Assembly (NCBI GenBank): GCA_038852315.1
Contig: JAWCKF010000007.1
Span: forward strand, 1,148-65,147
Source of the DNA: Thermoplasmata archaeon
Lineage (GTDB): Archaea > Thermoplasmatota > Thermoplasmata > UBA10834
Length of the DNA stretch: 64,000 nt
Reading direction: 5' to 3'
Under the pieces are notes generated by a model. It did not search any database. It had not been told where the DNA came from and worked only from the letters and a program-made list of their open reading frames with translations. Both the position numbers and the translations under genes were made by a program. Numbering within the stretch: the stretch's first letter is position 1; each line of letters opens with the position of its first letter. Shown one piece after another: positions 55,954-64,000 of the stretch.

Positions 55954-58900
55954 TGCGCTGAGAGCGGGTCTTGCGGTCCCTGTTCATCCGGTACTTGTCC
56001 TTCGGCGCACGAATCTCGAATCTCGCTCCTTTGCCGGGGATCCCCTTTTCCTGGATTGTTATGCCCGTGATACCGAGTATGGCGCGCGCCAGGAACAGAC
56101 CGTAGCCCTTGTGCCTTCCCCTGCCAGCCTCGAAGATCAGTTCCTTGTGCTCGTTCGCTACGCCGACGCCGTCGTCTTCGTACACGAGCGTGAGACCTTC
56201 AGGGGTCTCATTGTAAGAAACCCTGATGGAACTCACCTTCCCTCCATGTCTGAGGGAGTTGTCGATAAGGTTGTGGAAGACCTTGTCCAGCAGAGGGTCG
56301 CAGTACAGTTCCAGACCTGCTACATCCTGCTCGAAGGTGATGCCCGCCATGCCAAGGCCGGTCATGCCGCGGTTGAGCGAACCCTCGACATCGATCCACG
56401 AAGCCCCACGGACGCCCATCTCCTGATAGTCTGCCGTGAACTCGAGCTGCGACCTTATTGTGTCGGCAGCATCCCTCATACGCTTGAGGTAGCCCTTCAG
56501 CGGCTCGGAATTGGCGCCCTGGGACGCGATATCAAGCCAGCCGTACAGCACGCTGAGCTGATTGAGCGCGTCGTGCCTCGTTATGCTCCCCATTAGCTGG
56601 AGTTTCTCATTGGCCTTCCTGAGAGCGTCCTCGTAGAGCCTGCTCTCGGAGACGTCCCTGACATACTCGATCACGCCCATCACCTGGCCGCTGGCCGGAT
56701 CCCTTTGCGGGAACGTGTACAACTCGAGCCATCCCACGACATCCCTGTTCGGCCCCACCTTGGGCACCACGCTCCGAGCGACTGCGCCCGTCTTGATCGT
56801 GGCGGAAGTCGGGCAGGTATCACAGGGTTCGTTCCGCCCGTGATACGCCTCGTAGCATCTCTTACCGACGAGGGGCATCGCATGAGAGTACCACTGCTCC
56901 ATCGCCCGATTGACCCGCACGATCCTCATGTCCGTGTCCAGCACGCTGATGCCATCCTGGATGCTGGAAAAGACCGACGAAAGGAACCTCTCGCTCTCGG
57001 CGACGGCCATCTCGGCCTTCTTCGCGGCCGTCACGTCGTGGAACACCCCTATGCTCTTCTTTGTGCCCGGTACCATGGACATGTTCGCCCTGACATCTAG
57101 GATCCGCCCGTCCTTCGCGATGAACCTGAATTCGTAGGAGCTCGGGGCCTTGCCAGGATCAGACCTCCTGAGCACGTGATAGCCTGCCATCCGCTGGACG
57201 TCCTCTGCGTGGACGAACTCGGGCCATCTATGTCCGATGATCTCCTCCTTCTTGTAGCCGGAGATCCTCTCGAACTCGGAGTTCACGAGCGATATGGTCA
57301 TGTCGTCTTCTATTATAGCGGTCGCGGAGCCCGTGTTCTCGAAGAACGAACGGTATCTCTGCTCGCTCTCTTGCAGCTGCGCCTCGGCCCTCTTTTGGCT
57401 GACCAAAGCCATGAGCATCCTGGATATGGATAGCAGGAGATCGATGTCCTCACCAGACCACCTGCGGTTCGTGTCGCACTGGTCCAGGCCCAGAAAGCCG
57501 AACAGCGTGCCATCTGCAGAACGGAGTGGAACCGCGACCGTCGACTTGGCTCCCTGGGCGAGCAGCCTCTCCCTCTCAAGGTCGCTCGGAATATCCTCCA
57601 CCCGTTCGAAGGATATCGCCTCACCCTTGCTGAGCCTCTCCATCCAGTAAGGGAATTGAGATTCCGGCAAGCGCTGAAGATTGTCCTTGTTAGCACGGAC
57701 ACCAGTGGCAACCCATTCGTGGGTGTTGCTCCATGTGCCCGTGGCGCTATCGTAACTGAACACATAAGCCCTTGAAGCGTCGAATCCGCCACCTACGATC
57801 CCCGTGCTCAGTCCCAAGATCTCGTCGACGCTGTCAAGACGCATACCCATCGAGGATATCTCGTTGAGCAGGCTCTCGTACCTCAGCCTCAGCTTCATCT
57901 TCTCTTCGTACTGTTTTCTCTCCGATATGTCGAAGGCCAGGCCTATGATCCCGACCACCTTCCCATCGGCATCCCTGACGGGGACCTTCCTGGTGGCAAC
58001 CGTCACCTTCTCCCCGCCCCTGACCATCTGCTCCTCGCCCACATAGAGCTCCTTTCCCGTCGACAGGACCTTTTCATCGTCGCTCCTGTACTTCCTGGCT
58101 AGGTCCCTCGGGAAGAGGTCGAAATCTGTCTTGCCTGGGACTTGTTCCTTCGGGCATCCGACAGCCTCGCTGAAGGGCTGGTTGGCCATGACATACACGC
58201 CTTGGGCATCCTTGAAGAAGGCGTATCCTGGGAGGCTGTCCAACAGGGCGACGACGCTCCTGAGGTTCTTCTGGAGTGCCTCGGACACGAGCCTGCGCTC
58301 AGTGACATCCCTCGACACACCGTTGAGCGCGACTACCTCTCCGGACGGATCCAGGTCAGGCGTCAGCTGCATCTCTGTCCAGATGACCTTTCCGTCCTTA
58401 CGGATCCATCGGATCGCTATCGGCTTGCTTGTGTCGAAGGGCGGGCGCAGCATGGCTTCCAGAAGGGCGCGGTCATCGGGATGCACGATCTTCAATCCGA
58501 GCTGGGGGTCGGCATAGTGCTCCTCAGGCGTGTAGCCCGTTATCTCGGTGGCTGACGGGCTGACATACTCGAAGCCAGGATTAGGCTTGAACCGATACCT
58601 GAAGACAAGATCTCTGGAGTTCTCAGCAAGGAGCCGGAAGAAGTCCTCTCTCTTCCCGGCAGCGTCATCTCCTCTGATCACATCAGGGACATCCGAGCCT
58701 ATGCCCACGAAGCTGACAGGCTGTCCCCTCGCATCCAGCGGGGCGAATCGCCAGGACAGATCCAGCGGCCGACTATCTTTGCACCTCATCCGAAGCTTGA
58801 TACGTCGCCTAGGCGGCTCAGCTTCTGTTCTCATCGCCTCCATCAGCCGCTTCACATCAGGACCGTCCGGCTTCGACGGCGTCAGCATGTCGGATATGTT

Positions 58901-59119
58901 CTTTCCGAGCAGCTCAGATACTGTCCATCCACTCGCCTTTGCCATCGCGTCGTTGACGTGTCTGATCACTCCATCGGAGTCGAAAAGAACGACCGGATTC
59001 GGAATCGCCTCGAGGATGGCCTTGAAGAGACCATCTGAATCAGTGCTAGATTCCTCGCGCTGCTTCTTGCCGCTCGTGCCGGACACGGACCTCCTCCGAG
59101 TCGACTTGGCTATCGACAT
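55943..59119 (-). CDS. multi-sensor histidine kinase (5 PAS, 1 GAF, HisKA-like, HATPase_c)
   Basis: Five PAS-like units are present (e.g. FKAILEAIPNPVVLFD, FRLLAENSRDLVFRY, YRSFFENTGSATAII, FLSSVFSSIQDGISVLD), together with a GAF-like block. The H-box is ITRHDALNQL. The ATPase motifs are NLIDNSLRHG, DDGVGV and GYGLFL. Start is taken at MSIAKST. Confidence 0.85.
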   Translation of the reverse strand: MSIAKSTRRRSVSGTSGKKQREESSTDSDGLFKAILEAIPNPVVLFDSDGVIRHVNDAMAKASGWTVSELLGKNISDMLTPSKPDGPDVKRLMEAMRTEAEPPRRRIKLRMRCKDSRPLDLSWRFAPLDARGQPVSFVGIGSDVPDVIRGDDAAGKREDFFRLLAENSRDLVFRYRFKPNPGFEYVSPSATEITGYTPEEHYADPQLGLKIVHPDDRALLEAMLRPPFDTSKPIAIRWIRKDGKVIWTEMQLTPDLDPSGEVVALNGVSRDVTERRLVSEALQKNLRSVVALLDSLPGYAFFKDAQGVYVMANQPFSEAVGCPKEQVPGKTDFDLFPRDLARKYRSDDEKVLSTGKELYVGEEQMVRGGEKVTVATRKVPVRDADGKVVGIIGLAFDISERKQYEEKMKLRLRYESLLNEISSMGMRLDSVDEILGLSTGIVGGGFDASRAYVFSYDSATGTWSNTHEWVATGVRANKDNLQRLPESQFPYWMERLSKGEAISFERVEDIPSDLERERLLAQGAKSTVAVPLRSADGTLFGFLGLDQCDTNRRWSGEDIDLLLSISRMLMALVSQKRAEAQLQESEQRYRSFFENTGSATAIIEDDMTISLVNSEFERISGYKKEEIIGHRWPEFVHAEDVQRMAGYHVLRRSDPGKAPSSYEFRFIAKDGRILDVRANMSMVPGTKKSIGVFHDVTAAKKAEMAVAESERFLSSVFSSIQDGISVLDTDMRIVRVNRAMEQWYSHAMPLVGKRCYEAYHGRNEPCDTCPTSATIKTGAVARSVVPKVGPNRDVVGWLELYTFPQRDPASGQVMGVIEYVRDVSESRLYEDALRKANEKLQLMGSITRHDALNQLSVLYGWLDIASQGANSEPLKGYLKRMRDAADTIRSQLEFTADYQEMGVRGASWIDVEGSLNRGMTGLGMAGITFEQDVAGLELYCDPLLDKVFHNLIDNSLRHGGKVSSIRVSYNETPEGLTLVYEDDGVGVANEHKELIFEAGRGRHKGYGLFLARAILGITGITIQEKGIPGKGARFEIRAPKDKYRMNRDRKTRSQRIGL

Positions 59120-59324
59120 CCAGGGTATAAAAGCTGAACACGGCACGATTGTGAGCGCTGAGGGGGAGATTTGAACTCCCGAGGCGCAAAGCGCCACGAG
59201 CTACCTGGCTGAAGCCAGAAGACTCCAGGCTCGCGCCTTACCGGTCTGGGCCACCTCAGCCTGGACACCATCAGAAGTGAGACCGTATTTAAGAATATCC
59301 CAGAGGATGAGACCGTCCAGCGGG

Positions 59325-60152
59325 TCACCGTCGTTCGCCCTTCATCATGGAACCTATCTCCTCCAGCAGCTCGACCCTTGTATCTCGGACCGTCGGTCGG
59401 AATCGCCGCGAAACGTCGATATCCGAGAGGTCGATCTGCGCCTCGACGACGTCCTCCTCGAGGTCCTTAGCACGGATGATCTCCTCACCGCGAGGGCTGA
59501 GCAGCACGCTGCCTCCGGAGAATACGAGGCTGCCGTGCACTCCTACCAGATTGCAGTACGCGACGAAGACGCCGTTCTCTATCGCACGCGCGGGCATGAC
59601 GCGCCTGAAGAACGGCCTCGAAGTGGTCGGAGCGGCCGATATGTTGACAACGATCTGAGCGCCCATCAGCGTCTCGAGCTTCGCTAGCTCAGGGAAGAAC
59701 ATGTCGTAGCAGACCATCAGGCCTAGCTTGGCGTGAAGCCCCTCTCCCACGACTGCGCTCCTGCCCTCAGCGAAGAAGACCTTCTCCTCGAATGGCCCGA
59801 AAGTAGGCAGGTACATCTTGTCATACCTGAACAGCCTTCCCTTCCCACTGGCGAGCAGGCAGGAGTTGTAAACGAGTCCGGGCACCCTATCATCCCGCAT
59901 CGGGCATCCGAAGATGATATCCTTCTTCGTTGTCTTGGCCAGCCGGAGGACCGACCTCACCGTCGGGCCGTTCATGGTCTCCGCCTGGCGAAAGAGGTCG
60001 TCCCTTGGGAGATAGCCCGTCAGGCTAAGCTCAGGGAAGATGACTATCTTCCCGCGGGTTCTCCTGACGATATCCCTCATCCGCCTGAGATTGCCTTCCT
60101 TGTCGTGCAGTTGACAGATGACCTGCGCGAGCGTTATAGTGACCTTCGACAT
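59325..60152 (-). CDS. carbon-nitrogen hydrolase (nitrilase superfamily amidase)
   Basis: IVIFPELSLTGY (Glu), the Lys region and LMVCYDMFFPE (catalytic Cys) form the CN-hydrolase triad contexts. Confidence 0.85.
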   Translation of the reverse strand: MSKVTITLAQVICQLHDKEGNLRRMRDIVRRTRGKIVIFPELSLTGYLPRDDLFRQAETMNGPTVRSVLRLAKTTKKDIIFGCPMRDDRVPGLVYNSCLLASGKGRLFRYDKMYLPTFGPFEEKVFFAEGRSAVVGEGLHAKLGLMVCYDMFFPELAKLETLMGAQIVVNISAAPTTSRPFFRRVMPARAIENGVFVAYCNLVGVHGSLVFSGGSVLLSPRGEEIIRAKDLEEDVVEAQIDLSDIDVSRRFRPTVRDTRVELLEEIGSMMKGERR

Positions 60153-60251
60153 TCAGACCCACAACCGGGTGCCGATACATTATGCTTTACGGAAGAGTGG
60201 TTCGGGCCCGTACCATAACTGCTATATCGGGACCGCCCCATTCAAGCGGCA

Positions 60252-61070
60252 ATGATACTCCCTCAGCTGAAGGAGGGCACTGAGCAGATAGTCGAGAAGT
60301 TCCTCGCAGAGAAGCTGAGGAAGGTCGGGGCGAAGGGGTTTGTGCTCGGTGTGAGCGGCGGCATAGATTCGGCCGTCTGTCTTCGGCTGTGCGCGCGCGC
60401 AGTTAGTCCCAGAAAGGTGCTGGGGCTACTCATGCCCGAGAGGGAATCCCCCAAGCAGGACCTCGAGGACGCGAAGGAGTTGTGTGAGGTCGAGGGAGTG
60501 CCGCACAAAGTAATCGACATCACGGGCCCTGTCGAGTCGTTCGTCGAGGCACTCGACAGAAAACCCGACAAGAAATCGCTCGCGAACATCAAGGCACGGT
60601 GCAGGATGATTGTGCTCTATCACTTCGCGAACACGGAGCAGAGGCTAGTGGTGGGCACCAGCAACAAGAGCGAGTTGCTCGTGGGCTACTTCACGAAGTT
60701 CGGCGACGGCGGCGCCGACCTCGAGCCCATAGGGGACCTTTACAAGACCGAGGTCCGCCAGCTGGCCCGGGAGCTTGGCATCCCGAAGAAGATCGTCGAC
60801 AAGGTCCCGAGCGCGGGACTCTGGGATGGTCAGACGGACGAGGGTGAAATGGGCATCTCCTACGAAAGGCTAGATGCCATACTCTTCGGCATAGAACTGG
60901 GGCTCGCCGACAAGGAGATAGCCGAGAGGGCGGAGACCACCACGAAAGAGGTGGCGAGGATAGCGCGTATGGTGAGGCTGTCCTCGCACAAGCGCAAGTT
61001 CCAGCCCGCCGCTAAGCTGGGATTCCGGACTCCTGGCCTAGATTGGCGCGAGGGGGACGAGGACATCTAG
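60252..61070 (+). CDS. nadE: NH3-dependent NAD+ synthetase
   Basis: GFVLGVSGGIDSAV PP-loop (SGGxDS), 272 aa, single-domain NadE layout. Confidence 0.9.
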   Translation: MILPQLKEGTEQIVEKFLAEKLRKVGAKGFVLGVSGGIDSAVCLRLCARAVSPRKVLGLLMPERESPKQDLEDAKELCEVEGVPHKVIDITGPVESFVEALDRKPDKKSLANIKARCRMIVLYHFANTEQRLVVGTSNKSELLVGYFTKFGDGGADLEPIGDLYKTEVRQLARELGIPKKIVDKVPSAGLWDGQTDEGEMGISYERLDAILFGIELGLADKEIAERAETTTKEVARIARMVRLSSHKRKFQPAAKLGFRTPGLDWREGDEDI

Positions 61071-61082
61071 GGCTGCTCACGC

Positions 61083-62000
61083 TCACAGATACCTTTTGGA
61101 GATCGACATCCTGGCGGCCATCAGCGGGTCGACAACCTGGGATATCCTGAGGTTCGCCGCGACGCTGGCGAGCATGTAGGCCTCCTCAAAATCGACACCC
61201 CGAGCGTTCGAAATGAACCTTACGAGGTCGTGCGTCGCCTTCCTGGCCGCCTCATCGAGTGTCTTCGCGGCCGCAAAGGCAACCCACTCGGTCGGCGTTT
61301 CGATCATGGGCCTCTGAAGGACCAGCTCCTCGCTAACTGAGAGCTTTGCCGTCACTTCAGCGGGCACCTCGATGCCCGTGCCGCAGACCTCTCCATCGCC
61401 CATAGCTGCATGAACATCGCCAATTGCCAGCATCCCCCCGTCGACGAATGCGGGGAGATAGACCTTGGCGCCAGCCCTCACGTCCACGGTGTCCATGTTG
61501 CCGCCGTGGTCCCCGGGATAGAACGTCGGGACATCGCCGTCCGCCGGCGCTACGCCTATGACACCCACGTGCGGGTTGAGGTCGATCCACAGGTCTTCCG
61601 AGAACCTAGCCCTGCCATCCTTTATCTCGATGATCTTGGTCCTGGATCTCCTGACCTCCCTCCCAAGCTGTCCGAGCTCGGGAGAGCACATAATCACGCC
61701 CCTCCTCCCGCATCTGATCCCGTCAATAGAAACAATCAGCGTCTGCCCCCGGCGGAGACCCGTGACGGCTATAGGGCCTGTTGCGGGGTTGACCTTGTCC
61801 ATCGAGAGGTCTTCGAAGAGAGTCCTGACACTTCTCACTAGGTTTGAGAAGGCATCCTTTGTTTCGATTACGATCCTGTCACCGTCATCAACGACACAAG
61901 CAGGTTTGTTCCTCTTAGAGAAGCTGCGTACAGTCCTGTTGGATCTCAGCCTCTTCACAGGCTCCACCCGATGGCGTGGCATATCATGTGGCCTGCGCAT
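61083..62000 (-). CDS. acetamidase/formamidase-family amidohydrolase
   Basis: PGDHGGNMDT...GAKVYLPAFVDGGMLAIGDVHAAMGDGEVCGTGIE is the FmdA/AmdA signature. The start is set at ATG 62000 (or 61979) because the longer ORF runs through the tRNA-Glu gene. Confidence 0.85.
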   Translation of the reverse strand: MRRPHDMPRHRVEPVKRLRSNRTVRSFSKRNKPACVVDDGDRIVIETKDAFSNLVRSVRTLFEDLSMDKVNPATGPIAVTGLRRGQTLIVSIDGIRCGRRGVIMCSPELGQLGREVRRSRTKIIEIKDGRARFSEDLWIDLNPHVGVIGVAPADGDVPTFYPGDHGGNMDTVDVRAGAKVYLPAFVDGGMLAIGDVHAAMGDGEVCGTGIEVPAEVTAKLSVSEELVLQRPMIETPTEWVAFAAAKTLDEAARKATHDLVRFISNARGVDFEEAYMLASVAANLRISQVVDPLMAARMSISKRYL

Positions 62001-62070
62001 GTACTTTCTCCCTGGAGCAGGAGCCACCAAAGCTTTATGTAAACCCTTTCTTTTTGGTTGGAGCCACAAT

Positions 62071-62173
62071 GCTCCCGTAGTGTAGTCCGGCCAATCATTC
62101 GAGCCTCTCGCGGCCGCTGCCCGCGGCAGGCCGGTGAAAGCTCGATACCCGGGTTCAAATCCCGGCGGGAGCA
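62071..62173 (+). tRNA. trnE: tRNA-Glu (anticodon CTC at 62107..62109) with a 28-nt intron (about 62111..62138)
   Basis: Acceptor GCTCCCG/CGGGAGC, D-arm GTGTAGTCCGGCCAATCAT (typical of archaeal tRNA-Glu), anticodon stem CGAGC/GCTCG split by the GC-rich hairpin intron CGGCCGCTGCCCGCGGCAGGCCGGTGAA, and T-arm CCGGG-TTCAAAT-CCCGG. Confidence 0.85.
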
Positions 62174-62243
62174 CTCACTGCATCTCTAGCAGCTTCGTGA
62201 GCGGGTCGGCACTGTCCGGTTCCGAGCAATTACCTTGTAACCG

Positions 62244-64000
62244 CTATCGCCTCGGCCTATTTCTCTTGAGCCTCAGCCTCGACGAACGCACAAGGAGTAC
62301 AGTGGCCAAGACCGAGACGATAACTGGGATCAGCGATCCGAACTCCGGGATCTCGACGTCGCGTACCTCAATCTGCATGGAGGTCTCGCCGACGAGACCG
62401 CCTCTATCCCTGACCTGGAGCCGGACTTCGTAGACCCCCGGAAGCAGGAACTGGTGACTAACGACCGGCGTTGACAGCCAGTCTGTGTCCCACTTGCCGT
62501 CGCCGTCCCAGTCCCATCTGAAAACCAACTCAGACGTCGGGTCCTGAGCGTCGCTCGACGGGGATGCGTCGAAGACGAACACCTTGGTTATGTTGCCCAG
62601 CGACGAATCCACGACGAACGATGCAATGGGAGGCGAGTTCGGCGGGGGGACCTCGTCGGAGAATGTCAGATACACAGCCGAGGATGAGTTCCAGAAATAT
62701 GACACATATGCGGTTCCGCCTCTGATATCGTACCCGACGTCCATAACCCGCTTCCCATCAAGATCCCGCAGAGTGCCCTGGGAAATCGACAGGGTGCGCT
62801 CACCCTCCGCTACCGTGATGTCAGCAAGTATCCTCCCAGTAATGTTGAAGGCGAGTGTCACGGGCACACGCCAGTATCCGGCCGCTACAGGATCCGCCCT
62901 CGACACGCGATACGACGCCACCGTCGCGTTAGATTTCTGGAGGTCGAGCTCGACATCGGTCGACCACCTCCCGTACACGTAGCTCGCAACCTCGCCGTCC
63001 GTCGCCTTCCAATTCTCCCTGGAGAAGTTCGTCTTCGGGTCGCACATCCAGTTCAACAGGGCCTCGGCACTCTCACTGATGATGCCGTGGTTGTACACCC
63101 GCCGAACGCCTCCGTGCTCGGCGACCCAGAAGGTGAGGTTCCACTCGCCAACTGGTAGCGGGTAGTCTGTGTTGGGTCCGCGAGCCGCGTCCATCAGGTC
63201 CAGCGGAGAGAAGGGATACCATTGCGAGTAGGGAGCCGCCCAGCTCGCTCCTTCGGTCATGTCTGTCTGCACCCACCAGGAGCCCAGCAAAGACGCATTC
63301 CCCGGGGCCCCGTTGAAGAGGTTGCTCGAGACTCCCATGATACGCGTGCCCCTGGCATATTGCGCGAACACCTGGGCCCAGGAAGCGGAGTTGCCTGGCG
63401 ACGCCAGCGAGATGTATGTGTCTCCAACACCGACGTATCTTGGGTCGTCCCACCTGCTGGCGAACTCGAACGACTTCTCCAGAACGGCATGTCCCTGGTC
63501 CGAGGATAGTACTGCCTCGTCCCAGAACTTGGTAGGCCACTGCTGGTAGTCGTGCGGATAGTGGATCGCTATCTCAGATTGTGTTCTCAGCAATGCATCA
63601 GAAGTGCCGCTAGGCCTGCTGACGAGTATGTAGCTCGTGGTCGGATGTGAGAACCTCAGGTATGTGTCGGCTGCCGTGGTAGCCGATGATGAATCATCCC
63701 TTCCAAAGACCGTGACCCAGTCCCAGCCGTTCCACCAGAGAGGCAGCGAAACACCCGTTCCCTCGAGATCTGGCATCACCGTTACAAGGATACGGTCGCT
63801 GATGGTGCTCCCGTCGACCTGGACGGTGTAGTTCACGGCATGGGCCCAGCCGACTCCGAGTGAAACAAACGCTTCGTATCTCTTCGCGGCCTGGTTGTAT
63901 GTGGCTGACTGGCCACATATCTCAACCTTCGCATCATCGATTACGTCGCCGTCGGCCTCCTTGACTGTCAACCATGCCGGTTTGCCCTTGTACACGTATT
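62244..64000 (-). CDS. extracellular protein with PKD domain and PEF-CTERM sorting signal (N-terminus outside window)
   Basis: The C-terminus FRWDWDGDGKWDTDW...GVYEVRLQVRDRGG is a PKD domain. It is followed by IPEFGSLIPVIVSVLATVLLV and RSSRLRLKRNRPRR, that is PEF, a TM segment and a basic tail. The reading frame stays open to the window edge. Confidence 0.8.
   Translation of the reverse strand, partial: YVYKGKPAWLTVKEADGDVIDDAKVEICGQSATYNQAAKRYEAFVSLGVGWAHAVNYTVQVDGSTISDRILVTVMPDLEGTGVSLPLWWNGWDWVTVFGRDDSSSATTAADTYLRFSHPTTSYILVSRPSGTSDALLRTQSEIAIHYPHDYQQWPTKFWDEAVLSSDQGHAVLEKSFEFASRWDDPRYVGVGDTYISLASPGNSASWAQVFAQYARGTRIMGVSSNLFNGAPGNASLLGSWWVQTDMTEGASWAAPYSQWYPFSPLDLMDAARGPNTDYPLPVGEWNLTFWVAEHGGVRRVYNHGIISESAEALLNWMCDPKTNFSRENWKATDGEVASYVYGRWSTDVELDLQKSNATVASYRVSRADPVAAGYWRVPVTLAFNITGRILADITVAEGERTLSISQGTLRDLDGKRVMDVGYDIRGGTAYVSYFWNSSSAVYLTFSDEVPPPNSPPIASFVVDSSLGNITKVFVFDASPSSDAQDPTSELVFRWDWDGDGKWDTDWLSTPVVSHQFLLPGVYEVRLQVRDRGGLVGETSMQIEVRDVEIPEFGSLIPVIVSVLATVLLVRSSRLRLKRNRPRR

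Noticed and set aside
62001-62174. N-terminal extension of the formamidase ORF
   Set aside because: It runs antisense through the complete tRNA-Glu gene. The conserved formamidase sequence starts well downstream, so ATG 62000 or 61979 is preferred.
1-64000. CRISPR arrays, transposases, integrases, prophage or other mobile-element signatures (especially next to the two tRNA genes), and stop-codon recoding
   Set aside because: I saw no regularly spaced direct repeats, no transposase or integrase-like ORFs and no duplicated tRNA 3' ends serving as att sites. No gene call requires an in-frame TGA or TAG.

Overview
GC-rich archaeal chromosomal segment. The archaeal hallmarks are ribosomal protein eL41, two intron-containing tRNAs (one intron carries a box C/D guide RNA), a PAC2 proteasome-assembly chaperone, a PEF-CTERM surface protein and Mvh/Hdr genes. 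A heliorhodopsin and the overall gene content suggest a Thermoplasmata-like, possibly non-methanogenic lineage, but that placement is inference only. I call about 58 protein genes, 2 tRNAs and 1 intron-encoded box C/D sRNA. I found no CRISPR array, transposase, integrase or rRNA. The centrepiece is a tightly packed, apparently single + strand operon (37104..52818, 12 genes). It holds three paralogous 'double HdrA' flavoprotein modules, two fused (about 1015 aa) and one split at the same junction. Each module is followed by an MvhD-domain protein with a different output: an MvhD-HdrC-HdrB triple fusion, an MvhD-winged-helix fusion, and MvhD-MvhG-MvhA [NiFe] hydrogenase plus its maturation protease. 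An unrecognised small protein with a tandemly duplicated CX4CX2CX4C motif sits inside this operon. A complete hyp maturation set flanks it (hypBFCAD upstream, hypE downstream). Other notable items:
- a heliorhodopsin flanked by SOUL/HEBP-like and flavodoxin genes
- a rifampicin-phosphotransferase-like PEP-utilising enzyme translationally coupled to an uncharacterised protein
- a wHTH-STAND-TPR regulator
- a BtuFCD-like ABC importer whose ATPase carries an extra C-terminal domain
- a 5xPAS-GAF histidine kinase operon
- a cluster of ammonia-related genes
All functional calls come from reading the translated ORFs and recalling family motifs. No database search was run. Start codons are best guesses where the ORF track gives longer N-termini.
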